Shown here: positions 10,588-18,000 of the stretch, piece by piece
How the letters are laid out: each line of letters starts with the position of its first letter
Numbering within the stretch: position 1 is the first letter of the stretch
Source: Takakia lepidozioides
Taxonomy: Eukaryota; Plantae; Bryophyta
NCBI GenBank assembly: GCA_030704615.1
Contig: JAKLZA010000035.1
Location: forward strand, 1-18,000
Direction of reading: 5' to 3'
DNA length: 18,000 nt
Notes under the pieces: generated by a model
The model's input: only the letters and a program-made list of their open reading frames with translations
Told to the model about the DNA's origin: nothing
Databases searched by the model: none
Position numbers and translations under genes: made by a program

Positions 10588-12251
10588 CGAATGCGGCGCC
10601 GCATTTCCGTTAAGTACCATCACTCTGCTACACATCCGTACTTGTTGGAAGAAAATGCGGCACCGCATTTCCGTTCCACCTTCACATACCTTAGTTGTTG
10701 AACGGAAATACGGTGCCGCATTTCCGTCCCACAGCTCCATGTATGAGATTCAGAAGGGAAATGCGGCGCCGCATTTCCGTTCCCACTTCACATACGTTAG
10801 TTGATGAATGGAAATGCCGTGCCACATTTCCGTTCGGGAAAGTATAGAGGTCTCACCTGGACAGAAATGCGGTGTCGCATTTCCGGTCTGGAAAGGTTGA
10901 AGGTCTCACATGGATGGAAATGCGGCAACACATTTCCGTAGCACAGCTCCAGGCCGAATATACAAAACGGAAATGCGGCGCCGCATTTCCGTTCGAGAAT
11001 GTCGGAAGGTGCGACTCGAACGGAAATGCGGTGCCGCATTTCTGTACCCGTTGCGCACGATTTTCAGTCAGAATGGAAATGCGGTACCGCATTTCCGTTC
11101 TGTAGAGTATTAACGTCTGACGCTGGCGGAAATGCCTTCCCGCATTTTCGTTCCACAGCTCCATGCCTCACATACAAAACGGAAATGCGGTGCCGCATTT
11201 CCGTTTTGGAATGTCGGATGGTGGGACTCCGACGGAAATGCGGTACCGCATTTCAATTCCGATGTTTCAGGATATTTCATCAGAACGGAAATGCGGTGCC
11301 GCATTTCCCTTTTAAATCTAATACATTCCGTTCTGGAATGTTGGGAGGTGCGACTCGGATGGAAATGCGTGCCGCACAGTTCCTCACGATTACGGAAAAT
11401 GCGCATTCCGTTCTGGCATGGTTCTCGGATGGAGTTCCAGATGGTTCACGATTTTCAGTCAGAACGGAAATGCGGTGCCGCATTTCCGTTCTGGAATGAT
11501 GGTAGGTGCGACTCGGATGGAAATACGTTGCCGCATTTCAGTTCCGATGGTTCACGATTTTCAGTCAGAACGGAAATGCGGTGCCGCATTTCCGTTCTGG
11601 AATGATGGTAGGTGCGACTCGGATGGAAATACGGTGCCGCATTTCAGTTCAGATAGTGTGAATGTCTCAACCGGTCGGAATTGCGCTGTATGAAGCTCGG
11701 AATCTCCAGGCATCAGATACAAAATGGAAATGCGGCGCCGCATTTCCTTATGGAATGTCGAAAAGTGCGACTCGACGGAAATGCGGTGCCGCATTTCTGT
11801 TCCCGTTGTTCATAATTCTCAATCAGAACGGAAATGCGGTACCGCATTTCCGTTCCACCTTCACATACCGTGCTTGTTGAATATGACCGCATGTTCTCGA
11901 GAGTATGAATGTCGGAAATGTGCTGCAGCATTTCTATCCCTCAGCTCCATGCATCAGATACAAAATGGAAATGCGGCGCCGCATTCCGTTCTGGAATGTC
12001 GAAAAGTGCGACTCGGACGGAAATGCGGTGCCGCATTTCTGTTCCCGTTGTTCATAAATCTCAATCAGAACGGAAATGCGGTACCGCATTTCCGTTCCAC
12101 CTTCACATACCGTGCTTGCTGGATGGAAATGCGTTACCGCATTTCCGTTCTGGAGAGTATAAAGGTTTCCCCCGGACGGAAACTCGGTGCCGCATTTCCG
12201 TCGCTCTGTGCATGACCAAGATGCAATACGGAAATGCGGCGCCGTATTTCC
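10588..12251. repeat. Palindrome array B (~30 copies, 53-bp period, a few recurring spacer types) between divergent genes
   Basis: Thirteen consecutive copies at exactly 53-bp steps from 10651 to 11287. Further 53-bp runs at 11466-11625 and 12019-12178. Confidence 0.95.
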
Positions 12252-12678
12252 GTCCACCAGCAATCGACAGAATCACTCGGACGGGAAATCTGGAACCTCA
12301 ATGGGTTGCATTGTTCCGAAACAACACAATTGCGGCCAGTCTTGATGAGCACAACTTGGTTGTCTGACCGTTTTAACCAGCAGTCCTGGCACTTGTCAGT
12401 GCGAACGTTCCTGTCTGCACCGAGAATACTGCTGGATCCACCCTCAGGAGAAACTGTCAGGAGATGTTATTTCGTCGCCGAATCGGCCATCATTGTCCTA
12501 CTCACTGGCTATGGAATCAAACCTCCCACCTTCATGCATGTAGCTTGAAACAATACTTTCCACTTCAATGTGCGACTTCCAATTGTCGATGGACTCCGCA
12601 GATCCACTTAGATGGTGCTGTGAGCCTTGGTCTGTCGCTATACTGAACCTCGCACTTGCCAACTCCGTGCGGTGTTCG

Positions 12679-15600
12679 ATGGCTCCGAATTCCTACGCTA
12701 TAGTTTGCTGTCCTCCGCAACTTGGGAGAGCCTGGATCCCAAACGAGGGAGGACTTTGCAGAGTGACTGAAACTTACCTTTGTTCCAAATTCAAGCTCAA
12801 ACCGGGCACAGTTTATTTGGAAGAAGAAAGGAAGGATGTTCCTGGACAGGTTGACGAGACCATTGTCGTGCTAGGTAACGACGGAGGTTGCGGAATCGAA
12901 TGGCACGTTCCCCCGTCAGACACCATCCTGTACCGAGCTGTGGGAATGCCCATTCCCTTTCCGAATCAGTCGCTGCCCACACCATCCACAAAGGAGTCCG
13001 GAAACCGAGAGGCGGCCACTGCCAACAGAGAGGTATGCAACGATAATCATTCCCGACCTGGACCGTCAAGACCCTCCATAGCTTCTCGTGTGGACGTATT
13101 CGACATTTCCGACGAGGAAGATGATTGCATTGAGGTACCCATGTCCTCCACACGGTCGTTCAAATCCGGCATGGACGTCTCTGTAGGTGCTACGCATGTG
13201 CCCTCGAGCATAACTCCAACCCGGTCCATTGTGCAGCTCCTACGACAACATCACCTCGATGGTTCTCGCTCCGAGCTGGCTGCTCTCGACTATGCCAAAT
13301 TCCCAGTCAGAAAGGTAACTTTTCTGCCTCCCGAAGTCGATGGCAATGTCATCTTCGAGTTTCCACCTGTTTCTTCGTCAAAGAAAGCCTCCGGGATGTT
13401 AACAGACATGGATCGAAAGCATGACGGACACCCCTGGTGTGTGACGAAGACCAGTAGCACGAAAATTGCTGATGGTGTTCGTGTACGATATGTCCTCTGT
13501 GCGGGGAAGCTGAGGTGCCTCAATCCCACCTGCTTCCACTTTCTCTCCAAAGGAGGGCGGAGAAACGAGACGGATTGGACTGGCACAACGCATCATCCAT
13601 TCATTGTCTCCAGCCAAGCTCCTGCGGGTTCTTTCAAGTGTGCACATTGCAAAGAACCACCGACGTGCATGTCCATGTGCAGAGCCAAGCAATATTACGT
13701 AATCCATTTGCTCCCGGACTTGACTAGAGCTTGCATACACGTTGGGGTCCACTGCCACCCCTTGGCGAGAGGCAACATGCGTGAGGCTGTGCAGGAAGCA
13801 CACGACATCATAAAAGAGGAGGTGAAATTGAGCCCCGGAGCCAGACCAAAGCAGATTCAGCTGAAGGCAGCCCACAAGATTGCTCTTGGCAAAATCATGT
13901 CTGAAGATGGTTCCGACCGAGAGCCCTTGACCGAAGACGAGATGCGTGACCTCTTGGAGTCCGTCTCGCACGTTTGTAGTCCGAATGTGCGGAATCACAT
14001 CGTATCTTGCAAGCAGGAGTTCGGCAGGGGGTCGGACATGTACTCAATCCTGGAGGTGAAACGAATGACTGGATATGACTACATCCAAGGTAGCAGGTTT
14101 CCAGGGCAAGGCAGCGAATCCGATCGTTGTTACATTTTCAAAATGTCGACGTGTGGGCCTGGGAGTGGAGTCGACTTGGTCACTCGCATGACAACTGGAA
14201 ACTTGTCGAATGCTTGGGTGATGTTTGATCACATCAAGCGAATTACAAACCATCAGTGGGTGACTATGGGTGCGCATGTTTATGACTATCACTCCAAGAG
14301 GCTCATGACGATTGCAATCTGCGAGATGAAAGGGGAGGACACACAGTCCGAGATGCATCTGTGGGAGGGCATAAACGAGCAGATGGCAAGGGCGGGATTG
14401 CCAGAGCCCAATTTCAGGGGATTCATGGCAGACAACGCTCAGGCCAACTGGGCAGCGGTGCGGCGTGTGTACGGTGAGGACCCCAATGTTCCAATGGAGG
14501 GGAAAGAGAGATCCTGTGGATTCCATTGGATGCAGAGTCTATCCCACTACACTACCAAATTTGTTGCTAGCTCATTCCAGGCTGAACACCGTGTCCTTTG
14601 TACGGCGTGGAAGGATGCACCCACATTTGATGACGCGGAGGTTAAGTTTGCTATCATCGAGGCTTGGTGGAACACGTCAGGTGCAGTGGAGACAACCAAT
14701 CTGGGAGCATTGCACAGCTGGTTGGGGTGGTGGCATTTTCGGTATCGACAGTTCGGACAGTACATGCGGGAGGTAGGCTGCTGTCAATTTCGTTCATTTG
14801 TCTTTCTGTTACGGACATTTCGATTGGTCCCTCACCGTTGTTTGTGTCCTTCTAGGAGCGGTGCTTGGATTCCGACACGGACATGCCGAACACGAATATG
14901 GCAGAATCGGTCCACTCCTCCTGGCGAGCGTCTTCTGCCGCACATCTGGTGGACGTAGTGACGGCCACAACGGAGGACATCGACAGAGCAATCATGCAGC
15001 AAGCCACGTACTACAAGTTCCTGAGCGGCAAACAATGGGGCTTTGGGCCGGACAGGGAGGAATTGTTGGTACGAACAGCTTCGAGGTCCAAGAATCCAGT
15101 GAAATGGGCGACAGCATTGCGAGAGAAGATCAAAGGGACGCCTCTGCACCGCAGAGGTGAACACCTAGAGGGGGACGTCCGGACTCGCCCTGTCAGGCGG
15201 AGGATTGAAGAGGAACCCGGGTGCGAAGAGGATTCCTGGAGATCCGACAGGAACATTCGGACAGCACCTCGAGGTCCCGTCATGTTGCCGCACAATGTGT
15301 CTTCCAGCAGTGGAAGCCCAAGAAATTCCAGATCGCCGTCGCCTTCAACCGGGGATTTCGTGCAACAAATTCCCACCGCTCCCTTGCCCCACATTCCGCC
15401 CGCTGTTATGCAGTATGGCCAAGCCATTGTGGAGACGACTGTGTCTGCCTCACAGTGGAGAATTGCTCGCACAAAGCCGTCGTTTCGAGGAAGGTGTTCC
15501 GCAATTCGTGTGGATACACGGCAACGTTGTTTAGAGATGATAAGGAGGAATCCAGATGGGGCTGTCCCTGCTCCTACTTTTACAGGAAGATTTGTCCATG

Positions 15601-16286
15601 CAAAGTTTGCGGAGGCGACAACCACCCAGTTCTGGTTCTGCAGGCACGACATTATGACTTGCGTGTATGGAAAGCCCAAGTACGGCATACAGACAATGCC
15701 AGAGGCTCCCCCGGTGTGGCCGGTGGAACCAGGCTGCGATCTGAGTCAGGTTGAGGCCGACGCCCTTACCGCCGCAGGATTTCGGATGGTGCAGCGCACT
15801 GACGTCCCCAGACAACCATTTCCGCTTCCACAGCCTCCACCACCGACCCCTGTGAGAGCAAGAACAATGGGACACGACAGCTCTAAGCATCCTACACACC
15901 GTTGGGGGAAACCGAAGAGGCGGCGACCTCCCTCAAAAGTGAACGAGACAAGGATGGGGAATGCACTTCGGATGAACTGTACAATCCAGAGCTCGACAGA
16001 AGTGCCCCCACCAGGATTCGGGCGTGTGTATCAGATGGCCACGGCGGGCTCAGCTGTTCGCAATGAGGTGTACACCATCACCATTTCAGAATTACCCACC
16101 TGCAATTGCACCGACTTCCAGATCATGGCGAACAAGGGGGCATCATACTGCCCTTGCAAGCATTTGTACTACGTGTACCTAAAGAGACTCCGTTGTAATT
16201 CCACAACTCATCACTTCATACATGCACCAGGGTTGAGCCCCCAGGAGGTTCACACTCTTCTGAATATGGATCCAGGGGACCAGTGA
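12679..16286 (+). CDS. Mutator-like (MULE) DDE transposase with GCM-like DNA-binding domain and C-terminal SWIM finger, ~1170-1200 aa, two exons (12679-14772, 14856-16286)
   Basis: An 83-nt phase-0 intron at 14773-14855 (GAG|GTAGGC...TCCTTCTAG|GAG) joins the two long ORFs. Catalytic signature: D in WVMFDH (14227), D in FMADNAQAN (14431), CGFH (14515-14526), E in NTNMAES (14904). SWIM CxC-x15-CxH at 16101-16163. An alternative in-frame ATG is at 12589. No disruptions seen. Confidence 0.85.
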
Positions 16287-16537
16287 GCTTGGCTTGCGGT
16301 CCACATACAATGGTACGCCCATCCTTTTCGGATAGTAGAACTGTACTGCTGCCAGTACCTCAGACTCTGGCCACACAAAGGTCCGACATATGTCTTGCCT
16401 ACCAGTAACCTGTTTTGATCGAACTAAGATATTACTATATCGTTCACTTGTTTCCACGTGCATGTATTTTTGTATGTTGGAGGGTTCATGTTTTTCTGCT
16501 TTCCGAAAACTTGCTCTCCTCATTCGACCTCCGACAA

Positions 16538-16655
16538 GGAAATGCGGCGCCGAATTTCCAAGTATCGTCGTAGGTACCCCCAGAGGCGGCCTTCGCCAAC
16601 ACCAAACCGCTCCGAAATTTCGCACGTGCGAACCCTAATGCGGCACCATATTTCC
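16538..16655. repeat. Two degenerate palindrome copies downstream of the transposase
   Basis: GGAAATGCGGCGCCGAATTTCC at 16538-16559 and CCTAATGCGGCACCATATTTCC at 16634-16655. A half-site GCCGCATTTCC is at ~17008. Confidence 0.8.
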
Positions 16656-17034
16656 CAGTTCAGTTGCAAACCTTTCCCGCCGAATACCCGAAGAAGACAG
16701 AATTGTGAAGTACTGTAGACTGTATTGGTGCAGACTCCATTGGTTCAATCGCGGCAAAAGGGTCAGCTTCATTCCAATGTTAAGGCATGTAAAACCGCGG
16801 AATACTCTATACAGGCCAGTATGCGACGTCCTTTTGCAGTGGTATACTGGATTTCCCGTTGCACGGTCACTTATTTCCATGAGCGGATCTATAAAACCAT
16901 GAGCGGACTTGTTACTGACGACATATCTTCGCCGCATTACATGATCTGGAACGTCCAAAAACGGCAAGGTCAAATAAAAAACTATTATTTTAATACTTGT
17001 TTAATCTGCCGCATTTCCAAATTTGGAGGAGTCC

Positions 17035-17138
17035 GCTCATGAAATCCGCGTATCTTAGACTTCGGCTCACCGCTCATGCGGCTCATGCGGCTCATGGCTC
17101 ATGGCTCATGGTTTCTGCTCATGAAATAGTAAACCTCC
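17035..17138 (-). repeat. Right terminal inverted repeat with GCTCATG heptamers
   Basis: GCTCATG copies at 17035, 17072, 17081, 17090, 17097, 17104 and 17117. The reverse complement reads GGAGGTTTACTATTTCATGAGC..., matching the left end. Confidence 0.85.
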
Positions 17139-18000
17139 GTCTTTCTTGGAAGATGCACTCCACCAAGATGCCACCCGCGCCGATCTTCTTCCTAGGCTCG
17201 GAGATGTACATGTAGCATATGGAATCTTGACCAAATGTTTCATTTAGCGTCCCTCATATCTCTTGCGCACTGTTCCACCCAGCCCAAATTTCCTACACCT
17301 CTTATCTAGGTTTGATACTACCATGATGACTATCTTTAGGAGATTATTAGGACCAGGAGCTCTGGAGGGTGCTCAGGGACTGTTGCCATGACAACAAGCC
17401 ACCCTGCCCGTCTCTTCCGGTGGTGTGAGTCTTTTGTCCACTGTCACTACCGCCCCGTCAGCTTTCCTCGGCAGTTGGGCGTTGGTAGCGCCAGCCCTCG
17501 CTTCACGATTTCTCTGTGACCATCGTCCCATCCTTATGGACGCCGTTGCACATGTCGTGACATTTTACCCTTCCAGCAGCATCTCCGCTCTGCACGAGAT
17601 CTTCTTCCGGCACCGGCGCGAGCATGTCTACCACCATTTGAGCAGTTGGTTGCTCAAGGCCTCGACCATCTTCAGGAGTCCATTTCCGAGCGCGTGCACC
17701 GTCATTCCTTTTCCGACATGTTCTCAAGTGCTTTTTCTGAGTTGCATCGAGCCCAACTTCTATCATGCATAGGACCCGGAGTAGGGGTATGATTGATAGC
17801 ACGACCCACTATCGACATTTTCGCCTCTCATCCCCTATTTTTACTACTGCGCTCCGCCTTCGACTTGGTTTGCCTCATCCTTCGGCATTGGGCCTTCAAC
17901 GTTGCGTCTGTCTTTAGCCCATCGATGACCTTGCTATCCATCTCCTCCGCTGTCCATGTGGTGGTGAGCGCACTGCGTCTCATGATATGGTTCGCGATGC
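17139..18000 (+). mobile_element. Degenerate non-LTR retrotransposon fragment (RLE-type, CRE/R2-like): post-RT region and zinc knuckle
   Basis: Translates across stops and frameshifts as SFLEDALHQD...LGDVHVAYGILTKCFI*RPSYLLRTVPP, LPVSSGGVSL...APSAFLGSWALVAP, and FTTALRLRLGLPHP...RCVCL*PIDDLAIHLLRCPCGGERTASHDMVRD. This contains a CxC..H..C knuckle plus an (R)HD motif, which precedes RLE endonucleases. Confidence 0.72.

Larger units (their letters stand above)
2450..17138 (+). mobile_element. ~14.7 kb Mutator-like (MULE) DNA transposon with cargo genes
   Basis: Inverted termini: CTATTTCATGAGC at 2459-2471 matches GCTCATGAAATAG at 17117-17129. It contains a DDE/SWIM transposase and an element-wide palindromic motif, and retroelement coding remnants stop abruptly at both ends. 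Exact ends are uncertain by a few bp and no TSD was found. Confidence 0.85.

Noticed and set aside
10588-12251. CRISPR array (palindromic repeat with constant-length spacers)
   Set aside because: The spacers recur as a few related types and duplicated blocks instead of being unique. The repeats are degenerate and also dispersed in introns. There are no cas genes, and the context is intron-containing eukaryotic DNA.
14773-14958. C-terminus of the 796-aa ORF, and treating 14865-16286 as a separate gene
   Set aside because: This is read-through into an 83-nt intron. Splicing joins the two ORFs and supplies the catalytic Glu.
12679-16286. Domesticated FAR1/FHY3-type host gene, or a KDZ, hAT or CACTA transposase
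   Set aside because: It lies within TIRs. The D-D-CxxH-E signature with SWIM fits MULE. The ends are not CACTA, and I recognised no hAT dimerisation or KDZ CxC motifs.

Overview
Eukaryotic, transposon-rich DNA, probably from a non-seed land plant (inferred from element types and 80-150 nt GT-AG introns). Bases 1-2448 are a decayed Ty3/Gypsy pol fragment and ~17139-18000 are a decayed RLE-type (CRE/R2-like) non-LTR retrotransposon fragment. Between them lies a ~14.7 kb DNA transposon (~2450-17138) bounded by inverted termini built of CATGAGC heptamers. It carries three genes. (1) A two-exon Mutator-type DDE transposase (+, ~12679-16286) with a GCM-like zinc DNA-binding domain and a C-terminal SWIM finger. 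(2) A divergently oriented, ~10-exon, ~1400-aa gene (-, ~10154-5035) fusing a ParB/Srx-like domain (DGNHR) to a beta-class DNA amino-methyltransferase (N6-A/N4-C) fold. This copy has two nonsense codons and five homopolymer frameshifts. (3) A small spliced orphan gene (-, ~3676-2913). About 45-50 copies of a 22-bp palindrome (GGAAATGCGGYRCCGCATTTCC) lie only in non-coding DNA: two helically phased arrays upstream of the genes, three introns and the 3' region. The candidate novel system is a MULE carrying a prokaryote-type ParB-methyltransferase plus its own phased palindromic binding-site arrays. All domain calls are by eye from motifs; no searches were run.
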